A stretch of DNA of 63,484 bases, filler included, from Rhabdomonas costata (GCA_019059605.1; 48 parts of 48 records of this genome joined end to end with filler, not necessarily neighbours in it), one strand, 5' to 3'. Counted from the first letter of the whole stretch, positions 12,475 to 25,892 are shown. Translations and numbers: made by a program. Notes: generated by a model not told the origin, from the letters alone.

Positions 12475-13783
12475 CTAACAAAATGGCTGCACAACAAAAA
12501 AAGAAAGCTCTCAAAAGACACATACATACACATAAAAACTGTGAAAAACCTTCCCCAACCGGTGAACGGAAGGTCATGCGTTGAAAACGTCTGCACATCC
12601 AGAATGACTTGCATGCCAGCTCCTGCATTGTGAACTTCAGAAACCAGATCCGAACTTCCCCACCTACTTCTTGACGTTCAGCCTCCTTCCGTCCCAGCGC
12701 TCGGAAGGATACCGCACGCACATGCCCGAATCACAGCCATTTATCTGCCCACTCGCTGCCTATGATCGTAAAAGGCCGAGGCACTACTAAGTCTACTCTT
12801 CATATTGGCACATATTAAGTTTAGCAATCTTGGTATGGCTTGCTATGACTTGTTTGATTCCTGCAACCTCGGACACTGGCACTCCGCGTGGACGGGGAGG
12901 CCCTTGTTTATATATCACCAGACGCAGACCCGCCCACACATCTCATCGCCACCGAGGTTGCCCCCACCCCACATACTCACACTCGCACTTCGTGCACAAG
13001 GCAAGGTTTTTGTGCAGGTCTGCCTCCAGCGGGCTCAGTAACTCTCTCTCTCGCCGCATCACGGGGGTGCGAATCACCCCTCTGCGGGCGGAGGTTCTTG
13101 GGAAACCTCAATGGCGCATTAGACCGCGGTTCTAGGGTCTCCCCCCCCCNNNNNNNNNNNNNNNNNNNNNNNNNNNNNNNNNNNNNNNNNNNNTTAATTA
13201 ATTAANNNNNNNNNNNNNNNNNNNNNNNNNNNNNNNNNNNNNNNNNNNNGGTGGTTGTTTTTACCTCCTAGACTTTCAACAATGAAGTGCATCCTGTCCT
13301 GTGGCTTTCGTCCTATTTTTGGCACTATCTCTGACAAAATCACACCTGATGTCCAAGATAGTGCCAAAAATAGGTCGAAAGCCACAGGACAGGATGCACT
13401 TCATTGTTGAAAGTCTAGGGGGTAAAAACAACCCTGCCGTGACCGCAGGTGTAACGAGGGCATGTCCGCATCTGCAGGCATACCTTGGATGCCTCCAAAA
13501 GCCATGAAAAGAAAAGAAATGGAAAAGGATAGGAAGAAATGGAAAGAAGGAATTACGAGGTGGTGGTGGATATGTGACCATGCTACGGCATTTTCCCGAA
13601 GTATTATATGCCCTCATCGAAAATCTAAAAAACCCTTGCAAGGCTCTATGAGCTGCCATTCGAAAAACAACCTGGTCCAAAGGCTGAGAGGCCGATTCCG
13701 CCAATCAGCACAACTGATCTTCGATCCTCAACCCGATCCCACACGCATACAAAAAGTCGAATGCGCAATAAGCGGCGCTCCAC

Positions 13784-14470
13784 CTGTATCAGCATTCTTC
13801 ACCACTTCGGTCTTCTCAACGAGGAAGTAGTCATCCATACTCATCCGCCGCACCTTCCCCGACGTGGGCGAGTGGTGGGTCTCGATGTCCCACAGCAGCT
13901 TCGCGAGCCGAGTCTTGCCACTGCCAGGAAGCCCGCGGACGACCACGAGAACCTAAAAACGGTGAAAGGCAACCAACCTCTATAAACCTCTCTTTATATT
14001 AACCTCTATAAAGTTGATAGCCAACGGAGATTTCTACAGAATACGTGTCATATCTGCGTGAATATGACACTGCGGGCAAGTTCTGGAATTTCCCTTTCCT
14101 TCGGTTTCGTCCCCTGAGTTCAGTACTTCGCGCCACAATAAAATCCGTTGTATAACAAACGTTTCAAAACATAGGGTCATGACCTTGACGGCATTTTCAA
14201 AGTCAGCTTAACTGATCCTGGCACGATGGGAACCATGGGAGCCATGAAGGCGAATGCACCACAGCATAGTAGGGGAGGGGCGGAGGTGCAGAGGCGTGTG
14301 GGCGAGCAGTTGCAGAAGGGTTTCTCTCTTTGTTTTTTCCCCACCGCCCAACGCATACTTTGGCGGGGCGTGACTGACGACCTGGAGGGAGAAACAGCGA
14401 GCACCCATCGACGGCCGCTGGCAGCGGCGCAGCATGCTGCTCCGAAGTACTGGGATCCTCTGGCCCCACC
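13784..14470 (-). CDS. YLPM1: YLP-motif protein 1 (ZAP3)-like P-loop protein, exons ~14470-14359 and 13952-13784
   Basis: LFLPPGRQSRPAK|VLVVVRGLPGSGKTRLAKLLWDIE...VRRMSMDDYFLVE matches recalled YLPM1 PPGRxSRP...RGLPGSGKT...SLDDYF. Confidence 0.85.
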
Positions 14471-14884
14471 CCCCNNNNNNNNNNNNNNNNNNNNNNNNNN
14501 NNNNNNNNNNNNNNNNNNTTAATTAATTAANNNNNNNNNNNNNNNNNNNNNNNNNNNNNNNNNNNNNNNNNNNNTGTTGGTTTGGTAACACGCTTTGCTC
14601 CAGGGTTCGTTTTTGCGTATTTTCTGCACCACTTATCATTCTTTCCTCCTGCTGGTGTTCGCTCGATATGTGCGAAGATCATTGTTCGTAAGTTTCGTCC
14701 AAAATTTGGGCACAAATACCAGCGGCAGATAGGTCTTTCTTGTCTGTTCAAAGAACACCCTGTGCCGGCAGACACCCAGCTGGCGCGGCATGCCCATTTA
14801 CAATTTCCCATCCGATTGTATTGTGCTGCATAAGCGAGCGAGCGAGCGAGCAAACGAGATGTCGCATTGCAAGAAAACAAGTGT

Positions 14885-15482
14885 ACAATTCGCTTGCATC
14901 GACCTCCTTGCCCGTGTGCCTGCACCAGAATGAATGTGGCCTGGTGCAAAGGGCGTTCCCACACAAAGGGAATCTCCGGAAACGCCCCCCATAATATCCC
15001 CCCTTTCTCTCTCTGAATCTCAATGCAGAACGGGAATGGGAAACGCTGCACCTGGTGGGTTGGTTGAGGCATCTTATCACCCACCATCTTGCGAAGGACT
15101 CGGACGGTCCTGGTGCCCATCACACGAAGGAAGAAGCACGCAAGCAAGCAAGGAAGCCACAGAATGCAACCAATCAGAAGTCAGAAAAGAAGGGGGCGAA
15201 GGAACGTAAAAGGAACATAGCATTTCGGTCAACGTCCCGCGCCACTATTTGTTCACAAATGGAACACGGCGAAGGAATGCCGAGCTGGCTTTCCACACAA
15301 AGCACGTAAGCAGTGGGAAAGGGGGGGGGGGAGTGCTTCAACTTGGTTTTGCTTGCCAGCTTGCGGCGGTCATGCTTGGAATGACCAGAGGGATAGGTAA
15401 AGAGGTTCCGGACAGCGCCATGAACGGGCGGCAGAGCTGTGCGCCGCACGATGAGCCCAAACACTGGGCGAAGCAGAGCCAT
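14885..15482 (-). CDS. 5' exons of a protein with mitochondrial-presequence-like N-terminus (possibly PPR-like)
   Basis: MALLRPVFGLIVRRTALPPVHGAVR (Arg-rich, acid-free); candidate exons TVRVLRKMVGDKMPQPTHQ|ATFILVQAHGQG; model uncertain. Confidence 0.4.
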
Positions 15483-16720
15483 GGGGAGGCGTTTTTCACC
15501 ACCCCTCCCCTCCTTTCACAATAACAACAAATATTTGTGGTCTCAATAAGAGCTGTGGATGACCTACAAAAAGTACAAAACGCACAACAAAGAATAGTCG
15601 ACGTGGTGGGTGTGGCGTGGTCTTCTTATTGATCCCCCCCACCCGTTCCGGATGACAAAGAAAGAGGGACAGAAGACAAGCGACTGAGAGGAGGGAGGCA
15701 CATTGAATTCGACGTTTTGTGGGAAGCAACTGCAGGATAGGTTCGTGTGACGAGTATAATTTTACCAGTGCTTATGTGATGCTCACGTTGAAGCTTAANN
15801 NNNNNNNNNNNNNNNNNNNNNNNNNNNNNNNNNNNNNNNNNNTTAATTAATTAANNNNNNNNNNNNNNNNNNNNNNNNNNNNNNNNNNNNNNNNNNNNGG
15901 GGTGGCAGAGAATGGGAGCAACGAGCGGATAAGGGACACCGACGCTCGCCACTCATGGCGAAAGTCGCGAAAGGGATGGGGGGCACACCTCAACGGAAAT
16001 CAGCTCGACCTCCGTGAGTCGCTCTTCTAGAGCGGCTTTTATCAAAAACAAAGCTTGTTCTCCACACCACAGTCCAAATACTGAGAAGGAAAAAACAAAA
16101 TCCCTGCGCGAAAAAAGGCCCTCCCAAAAAAAGGCCGCGCTGAGTCGACCGGCACTTTATCCCAAACAACAAGAGACTACCCACGACGAGAAACAACCCA
16201 CAGGAATAAGTGTAGCAAATGCAGCAGATGGAAAGTCCGAAGAGCAAAAAAAAACGTTCAGCACCGCTCTAAGAAGAAGAAAAATACAAAGCCGTGGGCC
16301 AGGAAAAAAGCACGTGGTATACCACCCAGCCGGTATGGACGGTTCACCCTCAGAACCTTGGCGAACGGGCACTGGTGTCGATCAAAAACAAGAGCGACAG
16401 TGAAGAAGTCACCCCGGGATTCCGTGGACCAGGCACAAGGCAGGCGGGAAGAAGGACCCGTCATGTGTAGTTTAAAAGACCGGGCTCTGCGGTGCCTGTC
16501 GCAGACTCATAGGCCTTGGTTGGCTTCGTGGTAGCTGATTGAATCACGACAGGGATGATCTGAGACGCCACTTTTGGGTACTTGCACCTCATGCATGTTT
16601 TTGGGCTTGATACGGCTGCTGCATAATCCCGCTTGCATTTCCTGCAGCACAACCCTGTGAATGCGCGCATTGCAAAAAAAAAAAGGCGAATGACGAGTGT
16701 GATGTGATGTGAAGAGATAC

Positions 16721-16872
16721 TTCGCCTCCATAGGGTCCGTGAATATCACCAGGGTGTTGCTTGCCACTGCGGCGATGTTCACTGCACCGCCCAGAGCATC
16801 GCAGTTCAACGCGTCCTCTATCCGCTGCGCATCTTCCGAGGAAGCGTCCATCACGCTGAACATGGAAACCGC
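16721..16872 (-). CDS. Internal exon, unknown protein (further exon near 16570-16654)
   Basis: CAG/GTATCT-bounded GC3-rich frame AVSMFSVMDASSEDAQRIEDAL... Confidence 0.6.
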
Positions 16873-17796
16873 CTGTAAAAAAATCAGCAGCAAACTTGAA
16901 AAGCAGCTGCCCCTAACCCTCACAGCTCGATTGCACAAATTTGGGAAGTGCTGCCCAACATAGCTGCCCCGCGAGTGCAGCACACTCGTCAAATATTAAA
17001 AAAAACGGTTGGTCATGTCATAGCTACACATATGCGCCCATGCGCTCCTCCTCCTCCTCCTCCTTCTTCTTCTTCTTCTTCTTCGAACTCCCTTCTACCC
17101 CCCACCCCAAACACACCCACCACNNNNNNNNNNNNNNNNNNNNNNNNNNNNNNNNNNNNNNNNNNNNTTAATTAATTAANNNNNNNNNNNNNNNNNNNNN
17201 NNNNNNNNNNNNNNNNNNNNNNNTTGTTGTGGGGACTAAAGGAAGCGGTTCGGGGGGGGGGGATGTCAAGAGCGAAGAATAGAAGAGGTGAGAGAATATT
17301 CAGTATAAAAAAAGAAGCTGCTGTAGAGCAAACGGGTGGGCGAAATGAAGAATAGACGAGGGCCGGGATACAACACACGGAGCCCCACACACTTTGTGAG
17401 GCTTGAACCTTTTTGGTTTTTTGGTCGCAGAAGGGCTTGGAAGGTTGTGTGTGGGAGAGTTTGAGTGTCATTGTGAACACAAGAAAGTATGCAAGTCGCA
17501 GCAAAGACATCCCAGCGAAAGGCTCGACACACTGGAAGAGGGGCGGGGACAAAAGTTAACGAGTAACAGAATGTCGTACTGCCATGTTCAGCAGAAACAC
17601 GAGCACAAGCCACCAAGTATTTTCAACAGCTAAAAAAAAAATGCCAGGCGCAGGGCACACGAACATGTATGTACGTCATTCACACAGGCGATGAAGAGGC
17701 AGACACATAGCATCGCAGAGCAAATCGACCAGGTAAGCTCCCTGAGTTGCTACAGACGAGGTAGGAGCTCTTCCCCATAGCATCTCTGCAGTTCGA

Positions 17797-18220
17797 TCAC
17801 ATGTACAGTTTGACATCCTTCACATCGGTGATTCCTTGGGCTTTGAGGTTCCGCTTCATAGCCTCAATGTCATTGGGGCCGATGCCGAGATCGTCCTTTT
17901 TCACGCACACCAAGAACGGGTGAAAAAGGCATCGCACGGTGAGAGTAAACTCTTTGCATTTATAAATCGGTGACACACATGTGTGCGTGCGTGTGCGTGC
18001 GTATTTTTGGAGATGTGAGAGCACGAGAAGCATATCGAAAAATACGCAGCAATCTCTATGTGGAGAGCAAAAGCAACCTTAATCTCCTCAACGGTCTGGC
18101 GCCCGTTGGTGTGCGTGACCAGGACTCTGCGGCAGGTGGTGTTGGCACTCCACCCCGTCCCTCCGCTAATGTGCCAGGCATTGCGCACCATCAGCTCGAA
18201 GTAGTCATCGTCATCGATAT
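17797..18220 (-). CDS. Calcyphosin-like EF-hand protein, C-terminal exons (18220-18078, 17895-17797)
   Basis: IDDDDYFELMVRNAWHISGG...RRVLVTH..GRQTVEEIK|DDLGI. Confidence 0.9.
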
Positions 18221-19880
18221 CTGACACATTACATCACGTTTGCCCGAGAAAACATGAGAGATCTGACTTCCCTGACGTCATCTGTTGGAATTGCAATAGC
18301 GCAGATTATCGCACGCCCACATCACCACCACACGTCCAACAAGTTAATGCTAAGTGAACGTAAATGCAGCTGAAACAAACTGATTACCATCAATTCGAAA
18401 CTTGATGCATTCGGAAGAAAGCCGTGAAGGAAGGCATAAACAAAACAANNNNNNNNNNNNNNNNNNNNNNNNNNNNNNNNNNNNNNNNNNNNTTAATTAA
18501 TTAANNNNNNNNNNNNNNNNNNNNNNNNNNNNNNNNNNNNNNNNNNNNGGCTCTATCTTTGCGTTGCGGGCTATTCGTGCCCTCTTCCGCTGAGCCTCCG
18601 GTACCTCGAGGCTGCCTCACTGACTCTTTGCCCTGGTGCGTCTGCGAATACTTTGGCTTCCGGTTGGCCTTAGCATAAGGCTTTTGATTTCTTGCGATGC
18701 TCGATGGTCCGCTTTTACTTCTGCGCACTGGGTCCGTCTCTGCACTGGTCTGTGTTAGGTATGTGCGTGTGTTTGCACTTGTTTTGAACGCATAGCTAGT
18801 TAACGAAGAGATAGCTGGGGTGGAGCTGACATCTTGGTCTAATGTACACATTTTCTGCGTTGCTGCGTAAATGCCGACAGTTGGCAGGCCAGTGTAACAC
18901 ATATGCTCGCCTCCAGCGCTTTCTGCCGTAGTGGTATCACGGGGGATGCGCGAAACTTGACACCCTGATGTGCTGGACCTGCTCTGGTTCCGATATTGTG
19001 TATGTGTGCGCGTGCCCGCAAATATTGCCGCGTTCTTCGGAAAAGGAAGAGTGTCGCTTATCACTATAACTGAGGAAGCGGATGACGTGCACCTGCACCG
19101 AGACATGGTGTACAGAAACCTTTAGAGAGAAAGGTGGGTGGATCTTCCCACTTCCGGCCAGCACGGACGTCTGCCAGGTTTTCTCACAAACATGCAGGAC
19201 GTAAGAACCACTGCTATTTGGACAATGTCGGAAAGTTGTACCATATCTGAAACGATTGCTGCTCTGCAATTTTTGGGTAAGAAACTGCATAAAAATTGTT
19301 GTATCCGTAGTAATGTTGGGTTAATTGCTTTCCTGCTAGGTGCTACACCTTTTATGGTTTCTGGTTTCTTGTCATTCAAAATAAACGCGTCCATGTCTTT
19401 GCCAAAGGACAGAGCTAAGAAGAAAAGGAGGACGGATAAATCCAGGCATGACTGAAAAGGTGGAAACAGAAAAGGCCTCCCTAGCAAACACCCGCGCTGT
19501 CTGAGCACTCGTTCAATTGACCCTTTAGCACAGTTCAGCATACACACGTGGCAATATGACATAACAAGACTCTATAATATACATAGGACAGGAGGCGGCA
19601 TGCTTCGAAGGGGAATATCTTAAGGCTCGATCTGAACGAAGAGTGAGACGGGAACCTGTTTTCTTGATGCTCACACAAAGGGCCGACAACCCCCCCCCTT
19701 CCTCCCGCAGGGTGCGCGACTGAAACCATACCCACGCGGCCACGCAGCGGCACAAAAAACCCAAACACACCCANNNNNNNNNNNNNNNNNNNNNNNNNNN
19801 NNNNNNNNNNNNNNNNNTTAATTAATTAANNNNNNNNNNNNNNNNNNNNNNNNNNNNNNNNNNNNNNNNNNNNGTTGTTT

Positions 19881-20392
19881 TGGCGCTAGTGCATTTATGC
19901 TCCCCCACCCTCAGTAGGGTGGGTCCCCTTTGGGGCTGTGAAGCAGCTTTTATGTGCCCCATCCTCAGTGTGCAGGGGGTTAGGAGGTGATGTACGGGTC
20001 CCATTGGGATTGTGCAACAGAAGCTTTTGCAGGAGGTTAGGATGCGATGCACGGTTTCTGAAAGTCTTTCGCTTGAAACTCTTTTTTGGCGTTTTGGAAA
20101 TCGTATATTTTTCGTATGTTTGTCATTACAAAAACTGAAAGGAGTGCATTTATACCCTTTCCCACCTGTGTGCTTTGACCCGAACAGGTCCAACAGGTCG
20201 ACCAATGACAGCACCTAAGATCTTGGCCCGCGGAGCTCTGCACCGCTCCGCGACCCAAGACATCCCCGAAAGGGTTCGCGTTGGAAAGGAAGCACGTGCA
20301 TCGCCAGAGAAGGGGCCCATAAAAGCAATTGTTCACAACTCAAATAGGGTGGACCCACCCTACTGAAGGGGGGGCAGTAAAGGACTAGTCCC
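19881..20392. mobile_element. MITE-like element, copy A (degenerate ~80 bp TIRs) in the intron upstream of the Sel1 exon
   Basis: 19881-19960 is the imperfect reverse complement of 20311-20392 (core tcagtagggtgggtcc / ggacccaccctactga); related to 59919-60220. Confidence 0.7.
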
Positions 20393-20470
20393 CCCCCCAA
20401 AAAAAAAGAGAGAAAAACCCATTGACAAAACGCGCACACAAAGCAGACGTCCTTCTCTGTGTGGCTGCAG

Positions 20471-20710
20471 CTCAACATGGGGAAGATCCTGCGGCTTGGC
20501 CAGGGTGTTCCCAAGGACATGAAGGAGGCGGTGCGGTTGCTCCGCGAAGCTGCGAACCTTGCCTGTGCCCAGGCCCAGCTGCAGCTGGGGTTGATTTTTG
20601 CCGAGGGGGAGGGAGTCCCGAAGGACTCCAAGGAGGCCATGAAGTGGCTGCAGTTGGCCGCGCTGCAGGGGCTTCCCGATGCGGAGTACCACCTTGGGTG
20701 CTACCACAAG
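20471..20710 (+). CDS. Sel1-repeat protein exon
   Basis: GQGVPKDMKEAVRLLREAA...AQLQLGLIFAEGEGVPKDSKEAMKWLQLAALQG; CAG/GT bounded. Confidence 0.93.
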
Positions 20711-21841
20711 GTGTGGGTCAGTCAGCACCACCCTGCCAGCACCCGCTCCTGCCACTTCGAGCACTGGAGGGGGGGGGGGTGCGGAAAAGGTTTCGGCGAG
20801 ATGTGTAGCCCGTGCCACCACAAAAGAGCTGCAAAGGTGGCGCCCCCAAATAACCCCCGCGGGACAGATGTTCAGGAAAGGTTAACGCGTGTGTGGTTTG
20901 CTGCTTGTGTATATGAATTGCTGGAGTTTTGCTGCTTGCAGCTTGTTCGGCGATTCACAACTGTTGTTTTTCTTCTTTGTTGGGGTGACCTTTGCTGTGG
21001 GTTTTAGCTTCTCAAGTTTAACATAACGCGAGCTAGTGTGTTCGAACGAACGAACAAACAAACAAACAAACGAAGTCCGCGTATGCCGAGCCACGCCCNN
21101 NNNNNNNNNNNNNNNNNNNNNNNNNNNNNNNNNNNNNNNNNNTTAATTAATTAANNNNNNNNNNNNNNNNNNNNNNNNNNNNNNNNNNNNNNNNNNNNCA
21201 GTGTCCCGGCAACGTTGCACTCACATGAGAGGAAGGATGAATGGATGGAAAGAAAAAGCTCAAAGGGCGCGAAAAGGGGGAATAGAAATTGCTCCCAGGC
21301 CACATGTCTGCTAGCGAAACGGAAAGCAAAAACAGCCAAACCCACGCCCTTTTGGGCCAATGGTGTATTAAATTTTCAGTCTTCTTCACTGCGTAAAGCC
21401 TTTTTTTGCAGTGCTTTCAATTTCGGAGGGCAAGCGGAAAAAGAGAGCAACGAATTTAGCTTTTAGCGCAGCAGTTAGCGAGTGGTGTGGTAGCACCTAG
21501 GGTAGTACCTGCCCAAAGGAAACCTTCCGGGAGGCTGGCTCGACGGTGAGGCAGACTTTCTTGGTGCGGCAAATCAGGGGAAAGGTCTGAGGCCCAGTCT
21601 CGGCCAAGATGGAGAGGCATTCTGTTGACCCGCCCCCACCGCCACACCCATTGCTATCACCAACCAAATTACATTCAAAGAATGCGAGGGCAAATGGGGG
21701 GCGATTTGGGTACAGAAATTTTCTATCTCCACCGAAAATGGAACTCACCCATTTGAATGAGTCGGAATGTGTTGTTGACGTTGGCGAAATCCTTCGGGGT
21801 TTTTTGGGACAGTGGAGAGGAGGAAGGAGGAAGGGGGCCAC

Positions 21842-21912
21842 CTGTGATGTCCTCGTCAAGCTTTGGGGTGAAGGTGATGGTCAGGACACAGCTGGTTCCT
21901 GCCGACATCGCC
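21842..21912 (-). CDS. Exon of CFAP74-like ASH-domain ciliary protein
   Basis: AMSAGTSCVLTITFTPKLDEDITG resembles recalled SAGMSCxxxVTFxPxxxxDxxG. Confidence 0.65.
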
Positions 21913-22807
21913 CTGCGAGAAGGACACAGGGATAGCGGGGGAAAAGGTGAGACAAGCAATTCAAAGAGAGATTTCATAAACAGAGGAGTGAGCAATCTGT
22001 GCAGTAAACGTTTCTCGTTCCCTCGTTCCACGTTAGGGGTTGATTTTTGTATAAGCTTTCTAACGTTAAACCCAAATGGGCGTTAGGCATACTGGGGGAT
22101 GCAAAAGGAGTATGACGATGTAGAAAAGGAGTCCTTCTCACTGGAATATGGAATGGAGGGAATATGGAATATGGAATTTTGCACAAAATTTCAGGCGAGC
22201 GCGCACCCACCCACCAACCCACATAGAGGTTTCGGTACTTTTGAGGTTGAGTCCGGCACGGGTACTGTTGCAGGAAGGGCATGCAAGTAAAAAACTGCCG
22301 TTTCTGGAGATCTGCCACATCTTTTTCGTCGACAATTGTAGAAACCGCGGCGGGACGAAAAATATGTGGCAGATCTCCAGAAACGGCAGTTTTTTACTTG
22401 CATGCCCTTCCTGCAACACCACCNNNNNNNNNNNNNNNNNNNNNNNNNNNNNNNNNNNNNNNNNNNNTTAATTAATTAANNNNNNNNNNNNNNNNNNNNN
22501 NNNNNNNNNNNNNNNNNNNNNNNTGGGTTGTGTGTTTGTATTTGTGTGGGTGCTGCATTCTGTGGGCTTGTGGTGGTGTTGGCAGGGCTGGACGTTGCGT
22601 TAGGGTTGGCGATGGAGTAAGTGCTAGGGATTTCGGAGGCTGGTGTGGAGTGTGGGCATTCGAGGGTTGTGGGTGTGGAGTTGGAGCTCGGTACGTGGTT
22701 GGTGCAGTTTGTTTGGTTGGGAGTTGCGCATTTGGCTGCTGTGGTGGGGTATGGTGTCGGGAAAGCATGGACGGTGTTGGGTGGATTGCGTGCTGTTGGG
22801 TGCGTAG

Positions 22808-23535
22808 GTGGCGGAAGGCTGTGGCGGCTACCTTTGAGGACGCGGGGATCGCCCTCCCCGAGGGGGCCTTTCCGCACATCTTCCAGGCGCTGTACAGCGA
22901 GTTCGGGGTGCCCAGCTCGTGGCTGGTGCACGACGACGCCGTGCCGTTCATGAAGTGGGCCCAGCAGGCCGGGCTACTGGTCGGGGGGAACTGCGTGGGC
23001 TACGGGCGGTACCAGGATGGCATTCTCCCCATGCTGGGGTGTGAGCGTGTGGGTGCGACAGCTCGATTTGACGTGGGGTCCGACATGGAGCATCAGCTAA
23101 TACCTAGTGGAGACTCAGTGTCCCACTTCTTTGTTCTTTTCCAAACACATGATTTGTAGGTCACCAACCCCCGTTTACTGCGACAGGCAAGTTTGCCTGG
23201 TGTGGGTTTTTGAGTATATATGATATGTGTCGTTAAGGTTCTGGACTATTGAGGCAAGGGCACCTTTTCACGTGAAAGCGATACAAAAAAGCGAAAATAT
23301 CTCTCCAAGAGCCTTATGCAGTTTCATCGGCCTGGTTGCTTTTTGGTGATGCACGGTTTCTGTTCGCGGGTGCTTGCACGTCCGCCCTGGCATAAAACAT
23401 TGGATGTGTCCCCTAACCCCCCCCCCCATTCCCAGGGTGTCGCCCTTGCTGGACTTCCTGATAGTCTCTAAGGACGTCGGCGTGCAGAAGCCCGACCCGG
23501 CGGCATTCAAGGTGGCTCTGGACGAGGCCAACAAG
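22808..23535 (+). CDS. HAD-family hydrolase (HDHD3/REG-2-like), exons 22808-23038 and 23436-23535
   Basis: W...ILPMLG|VSPLLDFLIVSKDVGVQKPDPAAFKVAL (HAD motif III KP). Confidence 0.85.
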
Positions 23536-23855
23536 GTGGAGCGCTTTTTCTCCGTCCTCCCCTCCCCAAGAGGTTTTGGGCTAATGACCCAAGGAATGAA
23601 CGAAGTGAAATGAGAGGCCAAAACCCAAAGCAGGAAAGCCTCAGCCCGGGTCTGTTATCATTGAGGTCAGAAATCACGCGCAGGACATCACTGGGGAACA
23701 AAAAGAACAGCTCTTGGGAACATCCTGCACCTCCAATTACTTCTGGAGNNNNNNNNNNNNNNNNNNNNNNNNNNNNNNNNNNNNNNNNNNNNTTAATTAA
23801 TTAANNNNNNNNNNNNNNNNNNNNNNNNNNNNNNNNNNNNNNNNNNNNGGTTTGG

Positions 23856-25050
23856 TGGTAATGGACGCCTTTCTGCTGGAGGGCAGCAAGATCTTGCTGA
23901 GGGCCGGCCTGGCCGTCGTGAAGACTCTGGAGAAGGTTCGTCTGTGCGTGTGTTTATGTGTATGAGTGTACGCGGCGGGCTCGTTGAGGAATGATCAAGG
24001 TTGGGAATGCGACATGCAGCTCGTAATGAGCCTGCAGCGTGCACATCACTCGGGCAAGAGTCTGGGATCGGCTCTTGAGTTGTATCGTAGTTTCCCTTGC
24101 TTCCGAGGGGAGCTTCTTTGTTATTTGGCATGAAGGTGAAGGCCTTATGCGAACCGAAAGCGGTGGGAACCGTTTCGATTTCCGATTTTTTGTTTTTTTT
24201 GTTGGACCAACCATTGAACGGTGTAATCGCATACGCTGTCAATGTGTGGGCGACAGAAAAAACGGTCATTGCGATTTCACTTTGACAGGAGTTGCTGCGA
24301 GCGGTGGATGCGGCGGAGATCCATAAAGTCCTCGAGCGTGGTCCTTCTACCATTGTTGACGCTCAGGTGCGGTGCAGCATTTGCGTGAAAAACATAGCAA
24401 TGTTTTTCGCTTGCCTGAACCCGACCAGTCGATGAGTCACCGAATACAACGCAAGGAAAGAGAGTTGTCAGAAGGCTTTGAAGCCTGTGCAACTGTGCAA
24501 CGCCTTTTATTACTTACTAGAATTTCAGCAAAACAATTTTACTCGCATCACCTCAGACCTCCTAATTAAACACCGCGTTTCCAACGTAACCAAAACTCTG
24601 ACTGAAAGGAGCATGGGGTTCAAGTATATAGGCAGTTCTTTTCGCTTAGTCTGCAGCCTGTGCCGCCCCGCGATTGTTTTCCTTGGATTGCGGTATGTAT
24701 TTATTTTGACCTCTCACCTTTGACTTGGTGCTTGAAAGCACTTTTTGTGCGATGCGCAACGGTCTGAGGCAGCCTCGCTCTTCCTTCCGTGAGCAGTTTC
24801 GGATGAACGGGCGGATGCCAAGCAGCCCTTTTCTTGTTCTCCGTACAGAGCTTTATGGAAACGGCATTTGGACTTTTTCTCACGCGGGAAGAGATCGCGG
24901 AGTTAGCACAGGAGATTTGCCGGTCAGAGCTCACTTTGCGGGCCCCAGTCACACCTCGAGGAGAGCTGTACTACCGGCCTTCTGTGGTGGGCGAGTCGGC
25001 TGTCTTGCCAACGCCGAAGTGTTGGGAGCGGCTCTTCCTTTGGATTCCAA
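23856..25050 (+). CDS. Rab-GAP TBC plus TLDc protein (TBC1D24-like), exons ~23856-23935, 24289-24366, 24849-25050
   Basis: VMDAFLLEGSKILLRAGLAV (end of TBC domain) ...S.VL...WERLFLWIP (start of TLDc). Confidence 0.75.
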
Positions 25051-25204
25051 GTACGCTCATTGTGCACCCCACANNNNNNNNNNNNNNNNNNNNNNNNNNN
25101 NNNNNNNNNNNNNNNNNTTAATTAATTAANNNNNNNNNNNNNNNNNNNNNNNNNNNNNNNNNNNNNNNNNNNNATTTTACACCCCAAAAAACGGAACACA
25201 AATC

Positions 25205-25892
25205 CATCATTGAAGTAATGGTTGGAGGACATCCTCATTTGTTTTCGAACAACAGTGACGCTTTTACTCCAAGGGAGGGGAATCTGCTGAAACGCCATCT
25301 CGCGCCATCTAGAAGCAGCCGTTTTCTGCTTAAACTTCACACGAGCGGCTGCCGAAACGCCAACTGGCGTGGCGCTGTGTATCTGGGCAGCTTTTCAATA
25401 TCCTCATCAACTTCTGTCCTATTTTAGGAGCTTTGTACCACTCCCCGTCCCATGCACAAATAAAAGCAGGAAGCACCAGGTGAGCACCATCTGTCACATG
25501 TGGTGCACCCCTTTCACAGTGAGATGCAGGGCTTCAATGGAAATGTCGATCCCACAGCCGTACACGTGGGCGGAAACCCAAAAGGGACGGACAGAGGAAG
25601 AAAGAGATGGATGGAGAGAGAGAAAACACGAAGAGAGAGCTTTGTCACGCCCACGTGCACTTGATCCAAATAGAAACAGAAAACAAGCAACGCTCAATGA
25701 AAGCATGCAACGGCTGGAGCTTGCCTCGATACTCGGCTCATCAAAGAAGCGAAAAAAGTCCACATGGGGAGGCGTAAAAGCTCCTGTTGCCCACGCCTCG
25801 AATTCGGGCTTGTGGTTACTTAAATACCGATATGTTGCAAAACATATAGGATCTGAGGTCTGCATCCCAGGTAAGGTTGTTGGGTAGTTTTC
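25205..25892 (-). CDS. Multi-exon hypothetical protein
   Basis: Phase-compatible model ...FFRFFDEPSIE|MVLTW|TEVDEDIEKLPRYTAPRQLA|WREMAFQQIPLPW; no homology. Confidence 0.5.
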
